From: Methanosarcinales archaeon
GTDB lineage: Archaea; Halobacteriota; Methanosarcinia; Methanosarcinales; Methanogasteraceae
Direction of reading: 5' to 3'
DNA length: 33,949 nt
NCBI GenBank assembly: GCA_030605805.1
Contig: JAUWHQ010000059.1
Span: 1 to 33,949 of the forward strand
Positions within the stretch are counted from its first letter, which is position 1. Every line of letters starts with the position of its first letter. A program made the position numbers and the translations under genes. Below the pieces are notes generated by a model that was not told the DNA's origin, did not search any database, and saw only the letters and a list, made by a program, of their open reading frames with translations. Positions 8,453 through 17,981 of the stretch are shown here, piece after piece.

Positions 8453-9469
8453 ATGGGCTCGGATATCGGTGATCTGTTCGAGAGAAGAGAGACCGAACTG
8501 GAGCGATTACGCGGTCAAACCGTTGCGATTGATGCATACAACACAATATATCAGTTTTTAAGCAGCATAAGACAGCGAGATGGCACGCCGCTTAAGGATT
8601 CGCACGGAAGAGTGACATCGCATCTATCCGGATTGCTATACCGGACAACGAACCTTGCTGAGGCGGGACTGAAGCTCGTTTTCGTCTTTGATGGACCCCC
8701 GCCCGATTTCAAGGCAGCGACAATCGAAAAACGGGTGGAGATACGAAACACCGCTGACAGACAGTGGAAGGAGGCGCTTGCTACCGGCAGCGAGGATGCA
8801 TTCAAGTATGCGCAAGCCTCGTCCAGACTTACACCTGATATGGTCGGGGATGCGAAGCTGCTGCTCACATCGATGGGTATTCCGGTGGTTCAGGCGGCAA
8901 GCGAGGGCGAGGCGCAGGCAGCATATATGGCAAGGTCTGGCGATGTTAGGCTTGTCGGGTCGCAGGATTATGATTCGCTGCTCTTCGGCGCTCCGGAGGT
9001 GGTGAGGAATCTCACGATCGGCGGGCGTAGAAAGCTGCCAAAGAAGAATATCTATGTGGAGGTGAAGCCAGAGGTCATCGAACTGCAACAAAACCTTGAC
9101 AGGCTCGGAATCACGCGTGAGCAGTTAATCGATATCGCGATCCTTGTGGGCACCGATTACGATCCCGGAATCCGTGGCATCGGGGCAAAGAAAGCGTTGC
9201 AGTCGATACACAGGCACGAATCGATCGAAGACGTGCTTGCAGAACTCGGTGAATCGATCGAGAATCTATATGAGATCAAGGATTTCTTCTTAAATCCAGT
9301 TGTTACGTCTGATTATTCGCTGAAATGGAAGACGCCTGACGAATCGAAGATCACGGAACTGCTCTGCGATGAACACAACTTTTCAGAGGCACGCGTGACA
9401 AAGGCAGTCGAACGGCTTGCCATCACGGCAGATTCCATGAAACAGAGCACGCTTGATCTGTGGGGATGA
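8453..9469 (+). CDS. fen: Flap endonuclease 1
   Basis: 338 aa. MGSDIGDLF...[44 protein letters not shown]...[14 protein letters not shown] and [17 protein letters not shown] are canonical XPG-N, XPG-I and H3TH motifs of archaeal FEN1. Confidence 0.95.
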   Translation: MGSDIGDLFERRETELERLRGQTVAIDAYNTIYQFLSSIRQRDGTPLKDSHGRVTSHLSGLLYRTTNLAEAGLKLVFVFDGPPPDFKAATIEKRVEIRNTADRQWKEALATGSEDAFKYAQASSRLTPDMVGDAKLLLTSMGIPVVQAASEGEAQAAYMARSGDVRLVGSQDYDSLLFGAPEVVRNLTIGGRRKLPKKNIYVEVKPEVIELQQNLDRLGITREQLIDIAILVGTDYDPGIRGIGAKKALQSIHRHESIEDVLAELGESIENLYEIKDFFLNPVVTSDYSLKWKTPDESKITELLCDEHNFSEARVTKAVERLAITADSMKQSTLDLWG

Positions 9470-10725
9470 ACGATTGGATGGCTGAAAGGAGCATCTTCAG
9501 GATCCGCCGCGAACTCTATGTCCTCACAGCCTCGCTCTTCTTCGGAGATTTCGGCACCGGCATATTGATGCCGCTGATTCCGCTGTACATCAGACACCTG
9601 GACGCCGGCATGAGCATGGATCTAGAGATCAAATCTGCGCTGGTGTTCGGCGTATTCGGACTCTTTGCGGCAGCGTCCTATCCGGTGATGGGGCGGCTCT
9701 CTGACCGCATCGACAGGCGGAAACCGTTTGTGCTCGCAGGACTCATCGGATTCATGGTGCTGTCTGCCGCATGTGCGATCATCGATACGTTCGAGCAGTT
9801 ACTGCTTATCCGCGTCGCCCAGGGAATCATGGTCGGAGCGATGGTCCCATCGACTCTGGCGATGCTCACCCATATATCCACACCTGGTAATCGCGGCAGG
9901 TCGATGGGCGTGTACTCGACGATTCGCGGCATCGGATCTGCAGCCGGACCTGCTGCTGGCGGCGTGATCGCTGTGGTCTGGGGATTTGGTGCCGGATTTT
10001 ATGCGTGCGCGCTTCTCGGGCTGATCAGCATCATCCTCGTGAGTTTTTTTGTCAGGGAAACACGCAGCTCCGGCATATCTGGCACCTCTGACATCTCCGG
10101 CTCTGACTGGAGCAAAACCGGCTGTCTGCCAGAGCCGCCCGGCAGCGCAGACCGCATCAACAGTGTCAGCAGCGTCAACAGTACGGCAAATACCGAGATC
10201 AGGCTGCTTGCATCAGCGGCGTTCACAACGATGCTTGCGATCATGATCATAGCAACGATGCTTCCGCTCTATGAGGAACGTCTGGATGCATCGACAGCGG
10301 GGCTCGGGGTCGCCCTGTCTGTTTATTTTTCAGCACGCCTGATCTTCCAGACGCCGATGGGCGTATTGTCTGATCGGATTGGCACGAGGAGGGTGGTGGT
10401 GGCAGGGCTCGGTGTGTCGGCGTTGCTGATTCTCTGGATCGCCCAGGTCACAACGACGCCCGAGTTCCTCACGCTCATGTTTGCAACCGGTGTTGCGGCT
10501 GCTGCGGTGAACACGCCCGCGCTTGCGTTCGGCGCTGATCTGTCATGCCCGGGCATGGTCGGGCAGCAGATGAGCCTGTTTCCGATGGCAAGCGCAATCG
10601 GGATGGTGGCAGGACCACTGATCGGGGGAGTGTTTGCTTCGTATCTTGGATTCATGTCCCCGTTTTATTTCTGTGCGGGACTGATGGTGGCAGTCGGGGC
10701 GATGGTTATGGTGAGGGGGCGTTGA
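9466..10725 (+). CDS. MFS transporter
   Basis: About 12 hydrophobic segments. The [12 protein letters not shown] loop between TM2 and TM3 is the MFS signature. A Ser-rich central loop is present. ATG 9466 overlaps the fen stop (ATGA); the track gives GTG at 9460. Confidence 0.8.
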   Translation: MNDWMAERSIFRIRRELYVLTASLFFGDFGTGILMPLIPLYIRHLDAGMSMDLEIKSALVFGVFGLFAAASYPVMGRLSDRIDRRKPFVLAGLIGFMVLSAACAIIDTFEQLLLIRVAQGIMVGAMVPSTLAMLTHISTPGNRGRSMGVYSTIRGIGSAAGPAAGGVIAVVWGFGAGFYACALLGLISIILVSFFVRETRSSGISGTSDISGSDWSKTGCLPEPPGSADRINSVSSVNSTANTEIRLLASAAFTTMLAIMIIATMLPLYEERLDASTAGLGVALSVYFSARLIFQTPMGVLSDRIGTRRVVVAGLGVSALLILWIAQVTTTPEFLTLMFATGVAAAAVNTPALAFGADLSCPGMVGQQMSLFPMASAIGMVAGPLIGGVFASYLGFMSPFYFCAGLMVAVGAMVMVRGR

Positions 10726-10869
10726 AACGTCCGGGCGGTGATTGGTGCAGGCGGCTTCATTGCTTCGTTGACACGCATTGCTCTGTTTGTATGAAAATAC
10801 ATGCAGTCATGCTAACATAGGGGTGAAGATCAAGCTTACTCACTTTAGGGGGGGGTCGTGAACGGCGGC

Positions 10870-10876
10870 TTTTTTT
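10870..10876 (+). terminator. Oligo-T tract between the convergent MFS gene and the R-M operon end
   Basis: A T7 run on the plus strand, 3 nt from the stop of the minus-strand DUF45 gene. It is a candidate terminator for the MFS transcript. Confidence 0.3.
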
Positions 10877-10878
10877 AC

Positions 10879-11565
10879 CTATAGTTCCAGATAGTTCCCG
10901 TTCACCCTCAACCATTCCTTTTTCCGCTCGTAATCCAGTAAAATTGATGCAAGAATCTCCCAGAATTTCTGTGTGTGGTTCTTTTCCTTGAGATGGACAA
11001 GTTCGTGAACGACTACATAGTCAACTATCGGCATCGGGGTTAGTATGGTCTTCCAGTGAAAGTTCAGGTTCCCGTGCGAGGTGCAGGAGCCCCACCTGTA
11101 CTTCAGATCAAGCACCCTCAATGCACCGGGGCTTACGCCCAGCATATCCTTGTAGATGTTCACACGCCTCTCCATAACTGGCACGGCATGGCTGCGGTAC
11201 CATTCTGTAAAGGTCTTCTTTCCATTCGCAGCATATCGTTTATTCAACTGAAAGAAACCGCGGGAGAGTTTGAGTGGCGCACCGTCGTCCACCAGCTGGA
11301 GCCTGTAGCTTTTCCCGAGATATAGAAACCCTTCCCCGTTCACATATTCTTTTGGCGGAAGTTTCTCTTCTATCAGCCTCTTTTCTGCCAATTTCTGATA
11401 TATCCAGAATTTCTTGCTCTCAAAAAAGTCGTCTATCACCTTATGTGGGCAGTCCAGCGGTGCTCTTAATTGTATATCTCCGTTTCTTTCGATGGTGAGC
11501 CCCAGCGTCTTGCGCTGTGATTGGATGAGTTCATAAGAAAGATTGCTCTTGTTATCTTCTGGCAT
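10879..11565 (-). CDS. DUF45/YgjP-like M48-family zinc metallohydrolase (common type I R-M accessory gene)
   Basis: RWGSCTSHGNLNFHWK and the HExxH motif in VVHELVHLKEKNH. The likely start is ATG 11565 (MPEDNK...), 7 nt after the hsdR stop. The longer track ORF would overlap hsdR. Confidence 0.8.
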   Translation of the reverse strand: MPEDNKSNLSYELIQSQRKTLGLTIERNGDIQLRAPLDCPHKVIDDFFESKKFWIYQKLAEKRLIEEKLPPKEYVNGEGFLYLGKSYRLQLVDDGAPLKLSRGFFQLNKRYAANGKKTFTEWYRSHAVPVMERRVNIYKDMLGVSPGALRVLDLKYRWGSCTSHGNLNFHWKTILTPMPIVDYVVVHELVHLKEKNHTQKFWEILASILLDYERKKEWLRVNGNYLEL

Positions 11566-11572
11566 TGGTTCA

Positions 11573-14500
11573 CTACTCTCTGAGCCGTGAATCAAGCTTT
11601 TCTGCAAGATTAATAAATCTGGTGGATATGGCATCCTTCTTCTTTATGATTTCGGGCAGGCGGGATTTCACGAGTATGCTTATGATGTAACTGTTAAGAC
11701 GCTTTCTTTCAGAGTACTTCTTCCAGAAATCGATGATATTAATCTCTCTTTTTATGATTGAAACGATGTCGATGGTGGCTGAAGCCAATTCTTCCTTTTC
11801 CTGATCTTTTAGCTCTCTGCCACCATAAACCTCCTTTGATAGGATGTCATAGAATGGTTTTTCGATTACAGGGTTGAGACCATCATCTTCTGCCTGCCTA
11901 CCCGCACGCACCTCTTCCAGAAAAGTCATGAGTTCTTCTGCGAGAGCTTCCCAGTTTTCCCTGTTCGCCGCCAGTATTTCATCCAGCTTCTCACTGAGCT
12001 TCCGGTAGTACTCGGGGTCGTAATCGATGTTTGTCGATATATGGAAGCGTATGGCGTGTTCCATCTCGGAAGCACGGGCTTTTGCGGATTTCTGACCTTC
12101 CACATACTTCCCGAAATCATCTGCCGTGATTGCGATCGGCGGGACTTTGGGGTCGATGCCCAGTGATATGATGTGGTCATCTATGAGCTTCCGTACCTTC
12201 TCGCCACAGCCTGCGATGTTGAGTCTGTTGTCTCGGTAGCGGTTTCTTGCGGATGTGTTGATGAAACCAAGGGTTCTCATGTCCTGAATGTACGGAAGGG
12301 CAGCCGGATTTGGCAGAACGATGTCCATGCCCTGCAAGAAGTACCTGTACGCCACAATAAACTCGGCTCGCTTCTCTTCGTCTGCCAGATAATCCACACA
12401 TTCATCTATATCATCTATCGTGTCGATTCCCGCGTTTAAGAAGATATTCAGGACACGCCTGTGCCGATCCTTGAGCTTCGGGATCTCGTCCTTCAAATCG
12501 ATCAGCGCACCCAACACATCCTCTGCACTGAAGATCTTCAGCGCCTCCTTGAGATGATGCCCGATCCCGTAGTAGTCCACCACGTATCCGCAGTTTTTGT
12601 CACTTGCCGGGCGGTTTACCCTGGCGATTGCCTGAAGCAGGTTGTGCTCAACCATTCTTCGGTCCATGTACATGACCTGCTCAACCGGAGCATCAAAGCC
12701 TGTTATGAGCATGTCTTTGACGATAAGGAAGGCAAGACCGTCCTGTTTTTCAGGATCGTCGGACTTAAGCGGCTTTTTGAATCGCTTTATGTCTCGGTCC
12801 TGGCGGACACGGTCGGTATGTGGATGGTATATGGGTTCATCGTTGGTGCCAGCAGAGATGATAGCAGCGGTCTCAAGTCGTTTGAGGGTCTCAAGTTCCT
12901 CTCTTTCCTGCACGTCGGGAGGCTCCTTTTCAAGTCTTTCGATAACCTGCTTCAGGGCTGTGTCCAGCGCTTCCTTGTAGCGGATGGCAGCAAGGCGGCT
13001 GGTGGTCACAACCTGTGCCTTAAAGCCGTTTGGCATTATCTTCCTGCGGTAGTGCTCTACGATATCTCGGGAGATCACCTCAATTCGCTTTGAAGCTTCC
13101 AGCACATCGGTTTTTGTCCCGTATTTCCTCTGTATGGCTTCTCTTTCTTCTGGCGTGTATTCCCTGAACATATCCTCAAAGACATCGTCCAGAGTCTTTC
13201 CGTCTTTTATGGTGTCCTTTGACGTCCTGCCTTCGTATATTATCTGGAGCGTGGAGCCATCCCTCACAGACTGTTCGATCGTGTATTTGTCGATGTACTC
13301 TCCAAAGGTCTCGGTGGTCTTCTTCTTCACCTTCTCGGTGATGAGCGGAGTTCCTGTGAAGGCGACTCTTACGCAATTCGGAAGAGCGTGGAGAAGGCTT
13401 GCCGCCAGACGTGAGGATTGGGTGCGGTGCGCCTCATCTATCAGGAGAAGGATGCGCTCGGATCGATTTAGCACAGGCAAGTGCTTAAATCCTGATTTCG
13501 CTTTTCCATCTCCGCCCTTTTTATTCTTCTCCTGGAATTTCTGCATCATCCCCATAACGATGTTGGAGGTGTCGGTTGCAAGCAGCGTTTTCAGTTCGTC
13601 TATGTTCTTTGCCGCATAGACGGTTTCATCAGTCGTCTTTGCGGTTCCTTTGAGCTGTGTTTCGAGGTCCGTGCGGTCGGTTACAAAAACAATCTTGTAA
13701 CGGCGCATCTGTGAGTCTTTGCGCATCTTCCGAATCAAGAAGACCATGGTAAGGGATTTACCGCTGCCCTGCGTGTGCCAGACCACGCCGCCCATATCTT
13801 TCGGGGTTTTGCCTGACTTGAGCCGATCAAAGATCTTCTGTACCGCCCTGAACTGCTGGTAACGCCCAACGATCTTTATCATCTGCCCCTTATCGTTCTC
13901 TTTGAAGACCGTGAAATTCTCCACGAGATCCAGAAGATTCTGCGGGTGAAGCATCCCCTGAACCAGAAGCTGCTGGCTATTCGGGTTCTTCCCATCAGGA
14001 TCGATATCAGAGAATTTAAAAGGATAACAGTCCTTCCACTCGAGATAATGTGCATATCCGCCGCTTATCGTGGAAAATCTGGCAGCCTGTCGATAGGTTC
14101 CGATCATGAACTGGTTATAGTGGAACAACCGCTCGTTTCCTTCGTTTTCTTTCACCTGAGCGCGGTTGTTGCTGTAGCGTAAAAGCTGGTTTATGGCTTC
14201 CTCCATCGGTTCGGCGATCTTTGGAGACTTGCACTCCACAACAACGAGAGGGATGCCGTTTACAAAGAGCACGATATCAGGGATGATGTGACTGTGATAA
14301 CCGGGTACACCTGTCTTGAACTGGCTTATCGCAAGGAAACGGTTATTTTCGGGGCGTTCGAAGTCTATGTACTTTACAGTCGGGCTTTTCTGATCTGTTG
14401 TGCGGTCCTCGTCCACAACAGTGTTATTCAGGATGAGACCGGTCGCCTCCGCGTTTGCCTCGATCAGGTTTTTCTGTTTGAGACGCACAAGTTCGGTTAT

Positions 14501-14710
14501 CACCTCGTCCATCTGGTCCTCGGCAAGCCATGGGTTGATGCTCTTCAGGGCGCGGCGAAGTTCGGGTTCGAGGATCACCTCCCGGTAGGTGGTGCGAAAA
14601 GAGGACTCGGGCGGGTCGTTCATCTCTAAAAAGAGCGTCTTCCAGCCGATCTTTTCGAGCTGATCCATGAATGGTTTTTCCACATAGGTAAATTCGTTCA
14701 GGTCGGTCAT
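11573..14710 (-). CDS. hsdR: Type I restriction enzyme R subunit
   Basis: 1045 aa. The N-terminal PD-(D/E)xK nuclease block is PDIVLFVNGIPLVVVECK. Helicase motif I is TQGSGKSLTM and motif II is LLIDEAHRTQ. The ATG overlaps the hsdS stop by 4 nt. Confidence 0.95.
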   Translation of the reverse strand: MTDLNEFTYVEKPFMDQLEKIGWKTLFLEMNDPPESSFRTTYREVILEPELRRALKSINPWLAEDQMDEVITELVRLKQKNLIEANAEATGLILNNTVVDEDRTTDQKSPTVKYIDFERPENNRFLAISQFKTGVPGYHSHIIPDIVLFVNGIPLVVVECKSPKIAEPMEEAINQLLRYSNNRAQVKENEGNERLFHYNQFMIGTYRQAARFSTISGGYAHYLEWKDCYPFKFSDIDPDGKNPNSQQLLVQGMLHPQNLLDLVENFTVFKENDKGQMIKIVGRYQQFRAVQKIFDRLKSGKTPKDMGGVVWHTQGSGKSLTMVFLIRKMRKDSQMRRYKIVFVTDRTDLETQLKGTAKTTDETVYAAKNIDELKTLLATDTSNIVMGMMQKFQEKNKKGGDGKAKSGFKHLPVLNRSERILLLIDEAHRTQSSRLAASLLHALPNCVRVAFTGTPLITEKVKKKTTETFGEYIDKYTIEQSVRDGSTLQIIYEGRTSKDTIKDGKTLDDVFEDMFREYTPEEREAIQRKYGTKTDVLEASKRIEVISRDIVEHYRRKIMPNGFKAQVVTTSRLAAIRYKEALDTALKQVIERLEKEPPDVQEREELETLKRLETAAIISAGTNDEPIYHPHTDRVRQDRDIKRFKKPLKSDDPEKQDGLAFLIVKDMLITGFDAPVEQVMYMDRRMVEHNLLQAIARVNRPASDKNCGYVVDYYGIGHHLKEALKIFSAEDVLGALIDLKDEIPKLKDRHRRVLNIFLNAGIDTIDDIDECVDYLADEEKRAEFIVAYRYFLQGMDIVLPNPAALPYIQDMRTLGFINTSARNRYRDNRLNIAGCGEKVRKLIDDHIISLGIDPKVPPIAITADDFGKYVEGQKSAKARASEMEHAIRFHISTNIDYDPEYYRKLSEKLDEILAANRENWEALAEELMTFLEEVRAGRQAEDDGLNPVIEKPFYDILSKEVYGGRELKDQEKEELASATIDIVSIIKREINIIDFWKKYSERKRLNSYIISILVKSRLPEIIKKKDAISTRFINLAEKLDSRLRE

Positions 14711-16047
14711 GCTTCGGCTCCTGTGCTTACCCTGACTTTTCCTGTGAGCAAGTCCTGCATCAAGCCCTTTTTGATCTGCAGGAGTTTGTCGCGGTACGCT
14801 TCTTCTTTTTCGATGCGATCGTCTGCTGCTGTGAGGATCTCTGCGATGCGGCGCTGTTCTGAGAGTGGGGGTAAGATCATGAATAATTGTTTTTGCATCG
14901 TTATTGGGACTTGGTTTCTTGTTGTCTGCGCCATAACTCCAACAAGCTGTTTTTGATAAGTTTCAGAGCGCAAAAAATGAAATAAATAATAGTTATCTAA
15001 TTTGTTTAGATTCGTCCTATAGTATGTTGTAGAGGTGCTTACCATAAAATCTGCTACACCTAAAGCCGCAATGCCAATCCTGCCAACAGTAGCATTGTGT
15101 GCCAATATAACATCTCCAGCTTTTCCAAACCCAACTCTTAATTTCGAACAATAGTCTTCAGGTAATTTAGGTGCAAAATCAAATTGGACCGTACCATTCT
15201 CATCAACATGTTTTGCAGATATGAATGGTCTGCCCACTGTTGAAAAATCCGAAAGCCGAGGATACAGTTCGCCGTGATTTCCATCTTGTATACCTTTAAT
15301 TATATTTGAGTTTAATAATTCGATAACTCTCTCAACCTCCCACCCCTCCGGCACCCGCCCCAGCGGCGAGTCCTTGAACTCGTGCGTCTCCTCGCTGCGT
15401 ATCCTACCCGCCTCGTCGATCCCGCTGGTGAGCAGGTCAGTCATGAGCCCCGCCTTGATCTGCCTGTACTTCGCGATGAGTGCCCCGGTGCGCTCGATGG
15501 TCTCGTCCGCGGCGGAGAGGATCTCGGCGATGCGGTGCTGTTCTGGGAGTGGGGGGAGGGGAATGAACAGATTTGAAAAAGTTGATTTATTTACTATCGG
15601 AACAACTTGCAACCCAGCAACAAGTTCCATTTGATATTTGAAAAGAGATATTGTATAATAAAAATACTCATAGTCGACTATCTCATTTTTACAAATTACA
15701 GTGTTAATCTGCTGATTTGTTGCCAGTTCTCGTTTAGATATTCCAACTTTTCCAAGCTCTCCAATACAAGTAACCATAACAGAATTAGGTGGGAATTTTC
15801 GAGTTTGTTCAAATCCCAATGCTGAAAGTTTGTTGATACCGTCGTAAATGTATTTTTTATCGCCTAAATCCGCAGGAGAAATAAACGGAATATCGCCGTT
15901 ATAATATTCTTTTATTGCTGTTTTTGGAGTATTGCCCGTGATAATCGATCCTAAATTTCCAAGTTTCTCAACCCCCCACCCCTCCGGCAATAAACATAGT
16001 TCAGTCATTTTAAAGCCATTGAAGACCTCTACAGTATTAGCACCCAT
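14707..16047 (-). CDS. hsdS: Type I R-M specificity subunit
   Basis: 446 aa with two AT-rich target-recognition domains. They are separated and followed by GC-rich conserved helices: LPPLPEQHRIAEILSAADETIE...IKAGLMTDLLT and LPPLSEQRRIAEILTAADDRIE...IKKGLMQDLLT. Confidence 0.95.
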   Translation of the reverse strand: MGANTVEVFNGFKMTELCLLPEGWGVEKLGNLGSIITGNTPKTAIKEYYNGDIPFISPADLGDKKYIYDGINKLSALGFEQTRKFPPNSVMVTCIGELGKVGISKRELATNQQINTVICKNEIVDYEYFYYTISLFKYQMELVAGLQVVPIVNKSTFSNLFIPLPPLPEQHRIAEILSAADETIERTGALIAKYRQIKAGLMTDLLTSGIDEAGRIRSEETHEFKDSPLGRVPEGWEVERVIELLNSNIIKGIQDGNHGELYPRLSDFSTVGRPFISAKHVDENGTVQFDFAPKLPEDYCSKLRVGFGKAGDVILAHNATVGRIGIAALGVADFMVSTSTTYYRTNLNKLDNYYLFHFLRSETYQKQLVGVMAQTTRNQVPITMQKQLFMILPPLSEQRRIAEILTAADDRIEKEEAYRDKLLQIKKGLMQDLLTGKVRVSTGAEA

Positions 16048-16050
16048 ATT

Positions 16051-16563
16051 TTACTGATCCTCCTTTTCTAATTGACTAAAAAGCAGAATAGAAAGACGTT
16101 TAAAAATCATTAGCAGGGTCATCATGAAATGAGTAACACCAAAATATACAATCGAAGAAAGAATTAATAAAAATGGATGGTTTTGCCATATTTCGGTAAT
16201 CGCAATTATAATGAGAAATATCAGAGTAATCGTAGAGACAAGAAGAGCATACAGAGAATTTGCATATAAATGCTCGAGCAATAGTCTCCTGTTATTGGCT
16301 TGAGTTACGTTTCCCTCAGCCTTGCCCACGATATCGAAAAGGATGAAAATCACATTAAGAAGAAGTCCTGTAAAGATGGCAAATGCCGTAATAAGAGCGT
16401 TCACAGAATTTTGAGTCAATAGTTTGTTGATTGTTGTGAAAAGTATAGATACGACAATTGGAATTACTATGAAGATTAATATGATAAAACGCAACTTTGT
16501 ATCATGTCGGAGAGTCCCATAATGTTTTTTTACGATAAAACGCACATCAATCAGAGTAAACAT
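16051..16563 (-). CDS. Small 4-TM membrane protein, unknown family (candidate membrane effector)
   Basis: 170 aa. Four hydrophobic helices are visible by eye: RFIILIFIVIPIVVSILFTTI, VNALITAFAIFTGLLLNVIFILF, LYALLVSTITLIFLIIIAI and FLLILSSIVYFGVTHFMMTLLMIF. A 3-nt spacer separates it from the upstream 299-aa ORF, and another 3-nt spacer from the hsdS ATG. I see no recognisable catalytic motif. Confidence 0.7.
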   Translation of the reverse strand: MFTLIDVRFIVKKHYGTLRHDTKLRFIILIFIVIPIVVSILFTTINKLLTQNSVNALITAFAIFTGLLLNVIFILFDIVGKAEGNVTQANNRRLLLEHLYANSLYALLVSTITLIFLIIIAITEIWQNHPFLLILSSIVYFGVTHFMMTLLMIFKRLSILLFSQLEKEDQ

Positions 16564-16566
16564 TAT

Positions 16567-17466
16567 TTATTCTCCAAGATTCTCATTGAGGTGCTTTAAA
16601 TAATCCTCTGATTTTTTCAAAAGATAATCATGTGAAGGAAAGCCACCCTCTATAGGTATACTCCCGTCTAAAGGCATGGATTCTCTGAATTTATCCTCTT
16701 CACCAAAAGTAAGAGTTATTTTGCTCCCATCTTTTTCGATCAACACCTTGATTTCATCATAGCATTCGCCTAATACCTCATAATAGTTTGTTTTTTTCTC
16801 AGACAGTAGAGTTTTAATCGACTCGATCAGGTTTAACTCCTTATTACGTTTAACTCGAAAAACTCGCTCTTCGATAAGTTCTTCCGGGCTCCCGTTATGG
16901 ATTTTTTCAGCGGGGTCCATTGGCACATCATAACGGATCAGTCTAAATTCAACCAAACGGTTTTTTTCGAGCTGCTCTAATAATGTTTGTGAAATTAACC
17001 GATTAAATTCTATAACTAATCCCTGATCACTAAAATATTCGTTTAATTTGCGTTCTAAAACGGTTTTAATCCCATGGACTTTAAACATCTGAAGAATTAA
17101 AATTCCGCGATTTGTGTCGTCCGGAATGTGAAAGAAAAAAAAGAACGGAAGAGTTTCAGAATGTTTTTCCTCTCTCGCATGGGGCGTCTTTTCAAGCGTT
17201 CCTATATCAACAAAATCAGCAGCCACGCCATATTCACCACTTTTTACAATTCCATACACATTTCTTTGAGAATCCTTGAATCCATCCACAGAAATTGTTT
17301 TTTGTGGCTGCTCTAAAACCCGTGTTTCTTGAGCCTCCTTGAGATATTTTTGAAGACATTTCAAAAAACCATTGCCCTTGCCATCTATGTTATTCAAAGG
17401 AAGAGCATCATCCGTTCGCTTTTGCTTAACACGAACAGTGTATGGTACTAACTTAAATCGCGCCAT
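16567..17466 (-). CDS. 299-aa soluble protein of unknown family (candidate sensor partner of the 4-TM protein)
   Basis: ATG 17466 is preceded by GGTGG on the minus strand (about 17470-17476). It has no TM segment and no motif I can assign to a named family. The composition is Lys/Glu-rich and there is an unusual PFFFFFH stretch. Confidence 0.7.
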   Translation of the reverse strand: MARFKLVPYTVRVKQKRTDDALPLNNIDGKGNGFLKCLQKYLKEAQETRVLEQPQKTISVDGFKDSQRNVYGIVKSGEYGVAADFVDIGTLEKTPHAREEKHSETLPFFFFFHIPDDTNRGILILQMFKVHGIKTVLERKLNEYFSDQGLVIEFNRLISQTLLEQLEKNRLVEFRLIRYDVPMDPAEKIHNGSPEELIEERVFRVKRNKELNLIESIKTLLSEKKTNYYEVLGECYDEIKVLIEKDGSKITLTFGEEDKFRESMPLDGSIPIEGGFPSHDYLLKKSEDYLKHLNENLGE

Positions 17467-17588
17467 TTTCCCACCTTAACTAAATTATATTCTCTACTAT
17501 GAGTGTATCTTTGAACAGTATTATCACTTCGCATCACTTCGCCCTATGTTCGGTCATCTTATACTCGTCTGGAGTATCCCCGTCCATT

Positions 17589-17981
17589 TCACACACGCCC
17601 CCAAGGTTCATCTGTATAGCAAAAGGACTGTGGCGGAATAAAATCAGGGACGTGATCTTTTGGATTTACTGGATCGAACAATTCCAACACCCCGATTTCA
17701 ATAGCATATCCCTTGTCCTTATTTCTAAAATAATCGAAAAATTCCACCTCCGCGATCCCCGATAAATCCTTACATATTCTCCACAACTCTTCCGGATGTT
17801 CTTCTATGATAGTTTCTATGGTAAATGCGCCTACAATCCGTTTCACAGGAGAGGAAGCATAAATATACACTTTATCAACGTTATCTCGTTGTTTGAAAAC
17901 CGATTTCCGAAACTCGTATCTTTTATTTCCATTTACGATTTCGTTGACATATTTCGGTCTAATCGACAGTAAAACGTTCAT
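17589..17981 (-). CDS. ASCH-domain (PUA-like fold) protein
   Basis: 130 aa. MNVLLSIRPKYVNEIVNGNKRYEFRK...KVYIYASSPVKRIVGAFTIETI is the canonical ASCH N-terminal pattern. The ATG lies 23 nt upstream of the stop of the preceding PIN fusion gene, and AGGTGG sits upstream of it. Confidence 0.8.
   Translation of the reverse strand: MNVLLSIRPKYVNEIVNGNKRYEFRKSVFKQRDNVDKVYIYASSPVKRIVGAFTIETIIEEHPEELWRICKDLSGIAEVEFFDYFRNKDKGYAIEIGVLELFDPVNPKDHVPDFIPPQSFCYTDEPWGRV

Noticed and set aside
10848-10855. G8 homopolymer in the MFS / R-M intergenic region as a phase-variation switch
   Set aside because: It lies downstream of both convergent genes, so it is in neither a promoter nor a coding region. A regulatory role is unsupported.
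12461-13619. Plus-strand ORFs of 161-210 aa inside hsdR, and similar long antisense ORFs (24564-25280 in larA, 29169-29855 and 29902-30552 in purT, 32220-33101 in the glcD-like gene, 3210-3611, 27820-28410)
   Set aside because: Each is antisense to a gene with strong family motifs and has no motifs of its own. They are typical antisense open frames in GC-rich coding DNA.
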